DNA of 64,000 nt from the human T2T-CHM13v2.0 reference genome, Homo sapiens: the NCBI RefSeq assembly GCF_009914755.1, contig NC_060928.1; one strand, given 5' to 3'. Positions 1 through 13,284 of the stretch are shown here, in pieces. The first letter of the stretch is position 1; each line of letters starts with the position of its first letter. Below the pieces are notes generated by a model. The model worked only from the letters and a program-made list of their open reading frames with translations, ran no database searches and was not told the DNA's origin. A program made the translations under genes and the position numbers.

Positions 1-892
1 AAAAAATGAAAAGAAGGGCTTAATCAGCTGTCTCATGCAACCAAAAATCTGCAGTTAAGAAAGTCAAGGTTCACAAAAGTGCTCAGAAAAATTCTTGGAG
101 AAACCCAATAACTATCCAAGATTTGTCACCATCTTTGTTGTGTAAATTTCATTCTCAAGATTTTCCTCATTATCAAAGGAAGGCTGTGTATAATATTTCC
201 AAGTGTTATATTCATATTTCAAGTAGACAGAAAGAGAAAGAATAAAGCAGCAAAATGCTAAGGAGCAAGCCAGCTGAGCCTACCCCTTTTTATCATCTTA
301 TCCAGGAGCCCAGCTCACACACTCAAGTGATCCACCCGCGTCAGCATTTTGTTTGTCAGAGTTGGATCATAGTCCCCCCTAGCCACAGGAAAGTGGTTAA
401 AGTCCATTGTATATGTGATTTGTGAAAGTGAGCCAAAATTACCCGTCACTAAATTTGGGTTGGCATTTTCTGTTACAAATGTGTTAAAGTGACAAAAATA
501 GTTATCAGTAAATTGAAAATGGAATTGGAGTAGAGGACGGGAAAATGTAAGTGCTCTGATTTCTGCAACTTCTACTGTGAGTGTTAAGTGATACTGTGTA
601 ATGTTGATGAAGCAAAAAATACAGGAAAAAGAACATTGCTTAATTATAAAAAGATTACTAATAGAAGAAAAGAACATAATTTTCAACACTTGCAAGAAGG
701 GAAAATAGAAAAGTTCTCACTTTTAAGATGGAAGGAGGGGATATGAGTGAGATCTTTTGCCATGATTTATAGAGATGGAAAGTCCAAGTATCTTTTAAAG
801 GAGATAATTGAAAACGAGGATCATATTGTTGAAGAAATAGTAAAAAAAAAAAAAAAAAATTGAAGAAGAAATTATTTAAAATAGTTGCCTCT

Positions 893-1527
893 ATGTGTTG
901 TCTGTGTACTCTGTTATTTCTTTTGCTCTGCAGAAACTTTTTAGTTTAAGTCGTATTAGTCTATTTTTGTTTTCATTGCATTTGCTTTTGAGGTCTTAGT
1001 CATAAATTTTTTGCTTAGTCCAATGTCCAGAAGAGTTTTTCCTAGGTTTTCTTCTAGAGTTTTTATACTTTCAGGTCTTATATTTAGGTCTTTAATCTAT
1101 CTTGAGTTAATTTTTGTATTTGGTGAGAGATAGGAGTTCAGTTTCATTCCTCTGCATATGGCAAGCCAATTTTCCCAGCATCACTCTTTGAACAGAACAT
1201 CCTTTCCCCATTGTATATTTTTGTTGAGTTTCTCAAAGATGGGTTGATTGAAGGTATTTTGCTTTATTTCTGGGTTTTCTATTCTGCTCCATTGATCTAT
1301 GTGTCTATTTTTGTACCAGTACCATGCTGTTTTGGTTACTATTGTCTTGCAATGTAGTTTCAAGTTAGGTAGTGTGAGGCTTCTGGCTTTATTCTTTTTC
1401 TGAGGATTGCTTTGTTCACTATTTAGGTGAAGGGCATACTAGAAGCCAAAATCTCACCATTACACAATATATCTGTGTAACAAAACTTCACATGTGTCCC
1501 TTGAATCTATAATAATAATTTTTAAAA
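893..1527. mobile_element. 5'-inverted, truncated older primate L1 (L1PB-like): ORF2 piece on minus (893-~1415), 3' end on plus (~1420-1527)
   Basis: Minus-strand ORF 1181-1363 ([16 protein letters not shown]) is L1 ORF2. The L1 3' terminus 'gtaacaaaacttcacatgtgtcccttgaatctataataa' is on plus. agttgcctct is duplicated at 883-892 and 1528-1537. Confidence 0.8.
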
Positions 1528-2172
1528 AGTTGCCTCTGATAGGTGAGAGTAGGAGTGTGGTGCCAATGTGAGCAAAGAAAATACAGCTTTTAATTTTATG
1601 CTTTTCCATACTACTTTATTTTTCAAAAACAATACTCTTGTATTAGTATGACAATTTTGATCAGTGGAGAAGCAACAAAGGGTGTCATAAATAAAGAGAC
1701 CTTTTATTTTATCTTTCATCAGCCCCGTAAAGTTATTTCACTCTCCTTTTCTTGTGGCATTAAATAGACAATCAAACACACTTGACCTTAATTCACTGAC
1801 AAGAGCATTTCTGAATTATTTAATACTAAATGGCCTTGTAGCTTGTGATTAGATGGAAATGTATTAAGCATTTTTTTCCTTTGTAATTTATTTTAAAATC
1901 TATAGCTTCTTGGATTAGGACACAGGAACATTTTAGATTAATATATCTGTAACCTTTGCATTGATTGCTGTAATTAACCATGAATTGGTAATTCTAGAAA
2001 TAACTTTCATAGACATCAAGTGATTGACCACACATTGGCATATGTTTTGACTTAAAATATGTTTCCAAAACTTAAAAAAAAAGAATTTCAGGTCATGCTA
2101 TAATCGTCTCTTATTTCAATGCCAAACAAATTAAGATTGCATTCTTTCAATTTGACTGTTTAATCCTTTTGC

Positions 2173-2470
2173 TTTTTTTTGAGCGGAGTCTTGCACTGTT
2201 GCCCAGGCTGGAGTGCAATGGCATGTCTCGGCTCACTGCAGCCTCCACCTCCTGGGTTCAAGCAATTCTCCCTGCCTCAGCCTCCCAGCCTCCCAAGTAG
2301 TTGGGATTACAGGTGTGTGCCACCACACCCAGTTAATTTTTGTATTTTTTAGTAGAGACGGAGTTTCACCATGTTGGCCAGGCTGGTCTCAAACCCCTGA
2401 CCTCAGGTGATTCACCTGCCTCGGCCTCCCAAAGTGCTGGGATTATAGGCGTGAGCCACTGCACCCAGCC
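2173..2470 (-). mobile_element. AluS (Sx/Sz-like)
   Basis: Full Alu dimer in reverse with poly-T at left and a degenerate TSD tgtttaat(c/t)ctt. Confidence 0.95.
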
Positions 2471-4275
2471 AATTGTTTAATTCTTTACAGGACACAAAAA
2501 CTTCATAATGTAGAATAGTGTCTTTTATTTCTATGTGAAATGCTTGCAAATTGTTGCTGTAACTACTTGAATGGCTAGTTCTTATTATTGTAACAAGTAG
2601 CTGAATTTTCCTGAGATTTTTCATATTCAAATAAAAATGAACACATTAAAATGTTTAAATATCAATGGCCAGTTGCATAGATTCTGTTTCTCTTATTTCA
2701 ATTAATTTTACTGGCTTCCAGCTTTCTAACCGGTACTCCACTACTTAGTAACTAACTTTGATTCTTATGATTGTAAAATGCCAACCACCCATTGGTAACA
2801 ATTTACAAATCTAAGAAAAGCAAAGGTGTCCACATTAGCATATAATGAAAAATAGTGGATTACTCTGACAACCTGATAAATTGTTTAAAAAACACGAATA
2901 ATAATAATGGGCTAGACATTATTAACTACCTACTGAATAGTTGTTCTTCTCTCTTCTTTGATAAAACAAATACATAAATTACAGTTTTGTTAAGAATGGC
3001 AATATGTCCAACCTAAAGCAAAAATGAATGTTGGTCACAGCATCAGCAGCCATCTTGCTCCATGAGGAAGATGTAAAAAACCCCAAGTATGTTGAGTCAA
3101 TGACCTGAAGTGAGCAATCTCTAAGTTATGATGTTTTTGTAATATGAAAAATTATTTCTTTCTTCCACCGTAAGTCATTAGTTCTATAATTTTCCACCAA
3201 ATGCAATGCTAAACATAAATCAATATGTGTTTAGTACATAAATATGTACTAAACATATTTCTAAATAAATATATAAATTTATTTATATAACTAAATGTTT
3301 TTATGATTGTACAGTTGGCCTCTTTCATAATAATTGTCTTATTTATAAGCCTAGTGCAGAAGAGGCGAAAACATAAAGTTTCTTTTTTTTTCACTTAACC
3401 TATGTTCACAAATAAGAATTCTTTTCTGTGGTGATAGTTTGAAACAAATTAGAAGTCATATCTTGGTTTGTCCAGAGAGATGTAGAATCACATTGGATTA
3501 TAAAGAGTGAAGAAAGAAAAGCAAAGAAAAACTTGAAGATTCTTTTCTAGACAGAAAGGGATTCAAAGGAAAGTATGGTGAATTCATAGTATAGATATGG
3601 CTTATTTAGCTTTGTCATTATTATTGTTAGCTATTTTTTAAAGAATTATCCACAAACAAAGAACTCAAGTGACCAGTTCTCTAGTGTCAATGTTTATATG
3701 AGGCACATGAAATTCTACAGAGGAATAAATGCTACCAAAGTTTAACATGAAGCAGTGGGTATAAAGTCCAGCACAAGTGGATACAGGGTATATGTGAGCT
3801 CATATCTTCAACTTTAGGGGGCAATATAAAATAACAAGAATTTGATGATTTTAAAATGTTGATGAAGACTTCTGGAGGTATGGCAGAAAAACATCTGATT
3901 TAGTATAATCCCTTTTAACTAAAAATTTATGTGCTATGGGACAAAATAAAGGAGAATAAATAAATACTACAGCTAAGACTGAAACAAACAGAAATTTCCA
4001 GTCACCAGAAATGAATAGTCAGCTATCAGAGGGTGCTATTACATACCCTTTCATGGAAGTCTTGGCAACAGATATACTCCCTGAAGCAAGGTAAGAGGCT
4101 CCTGCTAACAGCAAGAAACATTTAGGTACTCACTGTCTTCACGGATTACAGAAACTCTATTCTGTGGCCCAGATAAATATATAAAAACTTTGTCACTTGT
4201 CTAATGCTTTGGGTGGGAAAAATACACCATTTGTGAGAAAAAGAATCCTAGACATGTACCAAGCAGGTATATAAG

Positions 4276-5295
4276 CAAGGCTGGCTACAAAATTTGCTAG
4301 GCCCAATGCAAAATAAAAGCGCAGGGCCTCTTGTTCATAAAGCAAGAAAAAAACCACTACTGGTAATGGTGCTAAAATAAAAAATTTTTACTTTCTTCCA
4401 TAGTCTCTCTATTGATGTGTTATGGTACACTTTAGGTACTATTTAAGTCTTTCTAAGTAAACAAACAAAAACCCCACACTAAAATTTTAAATTAGCTGGA
4501 ATTTTACCCTTAATTTTTATAGTGTCTAATGATAGTTTTAAATGCAAATATGAATGTGTATTAGAATAATGAATCACAGAAATTATACAATTCATGTTTC
4601 ACAGCTCATATATGCCTATGTGTTTTATTCTACAAGAACGGTGGAAACTGTATAAAACTAACTCAACTGCTTTTATTTATCTTATTGATACATGCACATT
4701 CTACCAACATTTCTACCTACATATACAGACAACTAAATAGGCACTGAAATGAAGAGGAACAATGGGTAGTTCTATCTTTCCCTTTCCTGCTGTGTCATCA
4801 TTTTTAGTGTCAGTGGTTGACTAGTTAGTACAGGGAATTAACACAAGTAAGAAAGGATATGACAGTGCTCTTTGGTCATAGTGTTTCTTAGAATGCAATT
4901 GTGTTTTTTCCTGTTTGATGCAAGTTCTGCTTTGATCAGAATGGGTGGGCTTTTGGGGCTGTCAGTGCTCCTGATTAATCAGTGGTAGAGGTAACGTGCT
5001 TTTTCCTTGTTTGAGTTTTGCTGAACGCCCGTACCTCAAGAGTCACAGGACTTGTGTACTCATGGAGCATTATATGGGAACAGGGCATCAAGGAAGGTGG
5101 ATAGCTAGCTATATTGTGCCTATCTCCTCTGCATTATTGCCTCATCAGACTTCACTTACAAGACACAAGTTCAAAGATGAAAATTATCAAGAGTCTCAAA
5201 AAGGGGACAACATAATATTAAACTAAGCATGGAGCTTTTCTGAGTGTGGGGCCCTCTGAGACTGAACAGATCTCATGCCCATGAAGCCAGCTTTG
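4276..5295 (-). mobile_element. MER45B-like hAT-Tip100 DNA transposon
   Basis: Terminal inverted repeats caaggctggctac / gaagccagctttg. Both ends match remembered MER45 termini, and the length is about 1 kb. Confidence 0.75.
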
Positions 5296-5559
5296 GGTCC
5301 AGGATCAAAGTTCATACTATCTGCAGAGTATCAGCAATAAAAACCAAGAAATGAACCTAAAAATAGTCTAGAATTATTAAAATCCCTGGGAAATTGCTGG
5401 AGGAAGCAAACCTGAAACTTGTATAGTGAGTAGTAGTGGAAAATAATCAAGTCTGTTTATTTTTCTAGACACAAACATTGTTTAAAAAGCAATATAACAG
5501 GAAAGATACAAAAGCCTATTGGAACATGGTATAATGAGTTTCTACTTCTAAAAAATACA

Positions 5560-6720
5560 TGATATTGAAGTAAAACATATAGACATAAAAGTGTGTAAAT
5601 TTAGAAGTACACACCAAAGTGTGCTGACAAAGTGAACACACCTGTGTAAGCACAAATCAAGTATGAGTATAAAATACTCCCAGCAGCACAGAAAATGCCT
5701 TCAGGCCCCATCCTATGCATAGTGAACTATATCCAAAAGGTAACCACTATTTTGATTTCTAAAACCACAGAATTTGTTCTTTCTCAAATACGTATTTAAT
5801 GTAGTCATAAAGCTGGTGTCGGTCTTTCTTTGCAAATTTTGTTTGTGACATGCATAAAAGTTGTTGCATGTAGCAATAATTGCTGTATTATTTCTACAGA
5901 ATACAGAATTTTTAATACAATTTATTCACTCTCTTATTACGGATGAAAATTTCTAGTTAGGAGCCTGTCTTAGTCCATTTGGGCTGCTATAACAAAACAC
6001 CATAAACTGGGTAGCTTATAAACAACAGAAATTTATTTCTCACAGTTGTGGAGACTGGAATATTCAAGATAAAGGCACCAGCAGATTCAGTGTCTGGTGA
6101 GGGCTTGCTTTCTGGTTCGTTGATGGCACCTTCTTGCTATGTCTTCACTTGGTAAAGGGGTGAGTGAGCTCTCTTGGGCCTCTTTCATAAGGGTACTAAT
6201 CCTATTCATACGGGCTCTGCCCTGATGACCTAATCACTTCCCCAAACTCCACCTTCTAATATCATCACCCTGGGGGGAAGGATTTCAACACATGTGTTTT
6301 GGAGAAGACAGAATCATTCAGACAGCAGCGGAGTCATTATATAAATGCTGCTATGATCATTCTAGTATATGTTTTTAGAAGCACACATGTAACATGTTAC
6401 CCAGAAGTGGAATTGCTGGGTCAGGGGTTATGCATATGCTAAACTTTCCAGTTATCACTGTCAAACTTTCAAAGTGTTAATAACAATTTATACTCTAATT
6501 AGCAATATTTGAATAATCTAGTTACTCCAGTAACACTTAATTGTTAATATCTTTCTCTTCATTCTTGGGGGTAGTTTTAATTTTTATTTCTATGATAATA
6601 ATTATGATTTAAGCAACTTTTCATGTTAGCAATATCTATACATTGCTGACTATTCAATTACCTTGCACATTTTTGTGTTGGATTATCTTTTTCTTATTAT
6701 TTCTAGGAATTCTTCATGTA
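5560..6720 (-). mobile_element. Old L1M 3' fragments interrupted by an MLT1A LTR
   Basis: Degenerate L1M motifs such as 'cccagaagtggaattgctgggtca' and 'ggtaaccactattttgatttct'. Confidence 0.6.
5966..6330 (-). mobile_element. MLT1A/A0 MaLR solo LTR
   Basis: Starts tgtcttagtccatttgggctgctataacaaa; 5-bp TSD gagcc/gagtc. Confidence 0.85.
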
Positions 6721-7460
6721 CTTATGCTTCTCAACTTATTATCAGGTTACATTCCAATAAACTCATAAGTTAGAAATATGATACGCTGGAAATATATTTA
6801 ATACACCTCAACTGCCAAATATCATAGCTTAGCCTAACCTGCTTTAAACATATTCAGAACACTTACTGGTATGTTTTCAATGTGTTCCTCAAATTTCATC
6901 TGTTAAAAACTTAATCCCCAATGTGGCAATATTGAAAGGGGAGGCCTTTAAGAGGTGATTGGATCACAAGGACTCTATCTTCATGAATAGATGAATGGAT
7001 GAATGGGTGAATGGGTTATCATGTAGTGGAACCAGTGGCTCTATAAAAAAAGAGAAAGAGAGTGCTGGGCTAGCATGTTAGCGTGCTCAGCCCTCTCACC
7101 CTGTGATGCCCTGCACCACCTCTGGCTCTTCACAGTCCCAATCAGCAAGACGGCTTGCATCAGGTGTGGCCCCTTGACCTTGGAATTCTCAGCCTCCATA
7201 ACAGTAAGAAAGATATTAATTTTCTTTATAAATTACCCAGTTTCAGGTATTCTGTTATAAACAGCAAAAACAAAGATACTTGCATTAGCTTACAGTTGGG
7301 CAAAGTCATCTAACAGAAAGCCTATTTTATAACAAAGTATTGGCCACTTCATGTAATTTATTGAATACTGTACTTAAGGTGAAAAACAGAATGGTTGTAA
7401 GAGTACCATCTTAATGTCAAAAAATTGTAAGTTGACCCATGATAAGTCAGGGACCATCTG
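6721..7460 (+). mobile_element. MER47A-like Tigger MITE, split by an MST LTR
   Basis: TA at both flanks and the terminus 'taagtcagggaccatctg'. The sequence 'cagaacacttac|attagcttacagttgggcaaa' resumes after the LTR. Confidence 0.75.
6867..7278 (+). mobile_element. MSTD-like MaLR solo LTR
   Basis: MST 3' motif 'ttctttataaattacccagtttcaggtattctgttata'; TSD cttac/cttgc. Confidence 0.8.
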
Positions 7461-7511
7461 TATTCTGAGTTTAAATATTTTGTTACTCATATGTGTTGTA
7501 AAGATATCCCC

Positions 7512-8196
<685 letters not shown>

Positions 8197-8376
8197 TTCC
8201 CCTATTCTATATGATTTTAATAGTTTGTTGCCTGCACAGTTCTTGGCACTAACAACAATTTTTCCCGCTGCCCCAACAACCCTTTCTGCCATTGACAGTA
8301 CATGACTTTCATTCTATTTTTTGGAGATCCCTCATCCTAAGAGGTTTGCTCTTGGAAAGAACACCTTCAAGATGGT

Positions 8377-8945
8377 TGTAGTAGTTTTCTATTGCTGCAT
8401 TCACCTTGCCACAAACTACAACACACATTTATTATCTCACAGTTTCTTTGGGTGAGGAGTGTGGGCACAGCTCAATTGGGCTCTTTGCTCAGTCTCAAAA
8501 TGCTGCAATCCAAGCGCAGGAAGGGCAACATTCTTATCTAGAGGCTCAATTGAGGAAGAATCTGTTTTCAATTTCTCTCAGGTTGTTGGCCGAATTCATT
8601 TCCTTGTGTCTTTAGCACTTATAACCTCAGCTTCTTACTGGCTGTCAGATGGCAGCTGCCCTCAGGTCCTAGAGGCCACTTGCCATTCCTTGCCTAAGTG
8701 GAATGCCTCAACATGGCCACTTACTTTCTAGAACCAGCAAGTAGAGTCTCTAGTGCAGACTGTTCACAAGACAGTCTTATAGGATGTAACATAATCACAG
8801 GAGTGACATCCTATCAACTTTGGCTTTTTTCACTGGTTACACAAATCACAGGTTTTACCCACTCTCAAAGGGAAGGGATTATATAAGGATTTGAGTACCA
8901 GAAGGTTGGGATGACTGGGAGTCCCCTTGGAGTCTATCCACCACA
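8377..8945 (-). mobile_element. MLT1E/F-type MaLR LTR
   Basis: tgtagtagttttctattgctgca...acatttattatctcacagtttct...ctatccaccaca. Confidence 0.7.
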
Positions 8946-9501
8946 ACGGCTAAATCCTATGTATCATCTGTCACCTCCAGCTGGACCTTGGGAGACTTAT
9001 GGATTCTTGACATACCACACTGGGTTATAAGTGGCTCCCTTCATAACCTGTCTCATCCCTGTCATATTGAGCTATTCTAGTCATCCTTTACTTTAGAATT
9101 TGCTAAATAGGATGCAGGCATCCACATCTAGGTGTCCCACATTATTAGGTGAGGCTTCTAAGAAATTTCAATCTTATGTCTAATTCAAACTTTACTTTCC
9201 ATAACCCTACTGACATCTTCTACAGTACTGCATTCAGGTCACTCTGCTCTGGGCACAGAATAGAAATGAGCATGCATGTTTCTTCAGCTCAGAGTCATCA
9301 ACCTAGACTCTCTGGTTGGTTCTTTTCAATCCACATTTACTTGGCAGGAGGTATGCAAGAAGCTTCGAGAGAGGACATAAAAAAGCCATAATTTGCACCC
9401 TACAGTTTCTTACTCTGATATGCTCCAATTTCCTTTGTTTCTGAATTATCTGTTTTCCCTTTGTGTAGGCTATTTGGGAACATGTAGGTGGGGGCACTAC
9501 A

Positions 9502-10008
9502 TGTGGCAGGCAGCCTCTAGGATGGCAGGCACTCAATAATTTTCATCTCGTGGTATTCAATCCCTTGTAGAATCCCGTCTGTTTAAGTGTGGGCTGGAGC
9601 TACTGACTCATCTCTAGTGAACAGAATATGGCAAAAGTGATAAGATAACACTACTGAAATTAAGTTACAAAAATACTATGACTTCTATACTGTTTATTTT
9701 CTCTCTCTTAGAGACATTAGCTGCCATGTTTTGAGCTGTTTTTATGGAAAGACCCACATGGCAGGAAACTGATATCTCTGGCAGCCTGCAGGCCTCCCAA
9801 TACCTTGTGAGTGACTTCAGAAGCAGTTTATTCTCTAGTGGATTTGATTGAGGCTCTAGCTGACAGTTGACTGGATTGTGAGAGACTCTGAGCCAGAGGC
9901 ATCCAGCTAAACCATGCTTAGATTCCTGACCTGCAGAAACTGAACTCATAAATGTTTATTGCTTTTAAGCCACTAAATTTTGTGGTTTGATTATGCGGCA
10001 GTGATCAA
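9502..10008 (+). mobile_element. MLT1F-type MaLR LTR
   Basis: Starts tgtggcaggcagcctctaggatggc; 3' motif ttttaagccactaaattttgtgg. Confidence 0.75.
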
Positions 10009-10589
10009 ATGCTCTATGCTGTATGAGTAACAACCCCCATGGTCTCCAAAACAGTAGTGACTTAACAACAACAACAAAATATTTCCTTTTACTTACATTG
10101 TAATCTAATGGCTCCACTCCATCCTGAATCCTGGCTGTGGATTTCCAAAGCAGCTGTGGCAGGAGAGAGTGGCCTGGAGTAGAAAATCAAGGACGGGGTG
10201 GCGAAGGGGACATTTTAAAATCACAAAGCCTGTAGATGGATTATATCATTTACCTTTACATCTTTACCAGCAAAAACTGAGACACATGCCCCTACCTAAC
10301 TACAAGCGTGGCTGAGAAAAGAAGAGAAGCACAAGGATAATGGTGAGTACTGACAATCTCTGTCCTGGAGAGTTGGCAATCTTTTCATAAGCTTTGGAAG
10401 GGTCTCTGATACTTCAGTACTGCTTTCTTTATAATTTGCAGGTAACTTATGCTCATTTTTTCAGCTTGTTGATTTACTTGAAATTCTGACAATAGGAAAT
10501 TTCTAACTTCATTTCATACAGGTAATCAATGCAAGAATTCTATATTGAACTCAGGTTTTCTGCCCTGGAGAACTTAACTTGAAAGCAGT

Positions 10590-11110
10590 AATCTTAGGAT
10601 CTCTTCCTAGCTTTTGGCATATGATGATCAAAATGCTCATTGTGTCTAACAAGCCCCTGGATAATGTGGCCCCAGCCTTCTTCTATGACCTTTCCGCACT
10701 CAATGCTCTCCAGCCCCCACAGCCTTCATTCACTTTCTCACATTGTCTATTTTCTTTCTCACTTCTCATCTGGCACCAAATTCATGTGACTTCTTTTCTC
10801 CTGAACTACAATTTAACATCCTTAAATCTCAACAAAATTGTCACTTCCATAGAAAATCTCTCCAATATCTCATATCATAGCAAGTTTTCCTTTTATCCAA
10901 AACAATGAACCCATTTCTTTTCCTTCACACTCACCATTAGTGTTTGTAGTTACATGTGATTTTATAAATCTTTAATGAGTATCTTTCTTTTTTAAGAGTC
11001 CCAAGGTTAGGGAAAATGTCTGTTTTGCTCATGATAATATCTTTGGTCCTTAACAGATATATACTACTATAGGTGCTTAATGATATGTTTGATTGACTGG
11101 ACACATGAAT
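10590..11110 (+). mobile_element. L2 3' fragment
   Basis: Degenerate L2 3' motifs ending 'taggtgcttaatgatatgtttgattgactg...atgaataaat'. Confidence 0.55.
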
Positions 11111-11904
11111 AAATAATCTCAGACAAGTCTCACATAAAGTTGTTTGTAAGTTGAGACAATTTCTAAGACACCTCAAGGACCCAACAATGTCTGGCGTAAC
11201 GCAGGGACAGCTAGAGAATGGTGAGTGACATCAGGATAAATGTAGGAATTTTCTTTAGGGGGTACCTATTCTTTTAGTCTGAATAATTTTCTTCTCTAAT
11301 TAGTACAGCTCAGAGGAATGTTTCTCCCACTATAACATGACTAAAAACACAGATGGAGCACTTGTCTGATGTTCTCTGTGGGTAGCCAGGCAGAACACTG
11401 ACCTATAGGAAGAATTTTGAGGGGGGTTGGATAACCCGGTGTCTTCTCTCACAAGATCAAATGGTGTTCTGTTGTACTTTGTGATGAATAGGGGAAAATA
11501 CTTGGGTAATATTGTTAAATGGAACCTACTTCATTTATTTATTTTTTCTGTTTTACTTATTTTTTTCTTAAAGAGTTCTACTCTTGAATTGTTTTATTTT
11601 CCTCTGACTATGTGTTTCCATGTTTCTGATTCTGAATTTTTTCAAGTTCAATATTCAGTTGAAATGAAGTACGGCTGAGTTAGAATCAATCTGGAAAAAC
11701 AAACAAATAAACAAAAAATTACAGAATAGAAGCTTTTGTTTCTTCTTTATTGTAATTTCTCTCTTTTCTATCCTACAGCTTGTATCCTTACTTAGTTTCT
11801 CATCTCTATCTAATCTTCAAGAGAAGAAATGGTGGGAAATGCTAAAGGCCCAGTCCCAGATTATAACCAGGAAGGAAGGAAGAGGTCAAGTGAGGGGTGA
11901 GGAT

Positions 11905-12140
11905 CCACTAACATTTGAGGACTTGAGTGTCAGAAACTTTACATACGTAATCTCATTTAATTCTCATAGAAGTCCTATTCTATAGGTATATGGTATTACC
12001 CCCCTACACACACACACCATTTTCTAGATGAAGAACCTGAGGCTTAGAGAGGCTAAGCATTCTGTCCATAGTTAAACCACGAGCCTGTGACCGAGCTGGA
12101 ATTTAAAGGTAGGTTTGACTCTAAAACCCACATGATTCTC
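11905..12140 (-). mobile_element. MIR SINE
   Basis: MIR core 'ccattttctagatgaagaacctgaggcttagagaggctaag'. Confidence 0.75.
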
Positions 12141-13194
12141 ACCTCAGTTACCTATAGAGAAAGAAAGATGAAATGGGCAGAATAAACCTCAACAGCAGGT
12201 AAATCTTTTGCCAGTGGATCATGTAATACAACAGTAGAATTAGAAGTGAAGTGTTTGCACCTTATTTCAGTTGCAGTGGATTTTCTAATTCCAAAAATGT
12301 TTAAAGATTTCACTAGGGCCATAAATCTGTTTTGTGCTTAGGAAAAAAAATAAACAATAAAAAAGATAAACTTAAAACACACAATTACTGTGCCGACACA
12401 GAGATGCACTGGGAATTGTATTTTGCCAACACACCAGTGGCCATCTGTGCTTCAGATTTTCCAAATGAATTTTTGTATTTACTTGCTCTCATGGCAAAAC
12501 CTCTCAGAACACTCCTTGGTCATTTAAAAACCCATGTTGACACAAGCTTTTCTGGAGTTGCTTGTAATTCCATAGTAACCAAGAGCCTCTCCTAGATGTT
12601 TTCTTGGCTTTATTCATCTGTTTGCCCTTCATTTTAGAACTCTGCAACAGTGTTGGTTTTGCATAATCTCAGTTCTTTCCTGTGCAGAGAATTGGGGAAT
12701 TCTCTGCCAAATTGAATAAAAAAATTGAGGCAATTATCTGACAATACATGTGAGAACCTGTTATCACTCAGAATGAAAGGTAAATGTCTTCAAATTTCTG
12801 TTTCATTTGGACTAAGAAGACTTGAAGAGATTGCAATCTTTCCCTTCTCATGCATAAATCATCGAGTTACACATTCGCAAGGATGAAGGTGTCACTGAAG
12901 TACTTGTTTAAAAATAAATATTGCTTTTCACAGAAAGGCTAAATTCGTTCTCCAGGGAGCTGTAGTCATGGCAATGACACTTCAGAACTAAAATCAACAG
13001 TACTTTCTTTGATGAAGTTAGTTATTGCATGCTTCACGTAAATACATATATTTTGTCTATTTAGTACTTAAACCACCAAATTATGTTTTTGGGCATCATT
13101 GTCTACAGTTCTTAAGCTTCTTTTCTTCGAAAATATATGTGGTTTCTTCTCATCTGATCATATTGTGGCATTACATTATGAATAGGTCAATGAC

Positions 13195-13284
13195 TAAATA
13201 CAAGACTCATCCGTTTTATCTGACAAAAAGTTTGACATAGATAATAACTATTTTGTCAGATAAAACTGATGGGCCTTAAATTTA
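13195..13284. repeat. Isolated inverted repeat (about 39-bp arms, 13-nt loop)
   Basis: gttttatctgacaaaa (13213-13228) is the exact reverse complement of 13251-13266. The arms extend to about 33/39 identity. Confidence 0.9.

Noticed and set aside
315-695. 126-aa minus-strand ORF
   Set aside because: It has a non-ATG start, AT-biased composition, no recognisable domain and no splice support.
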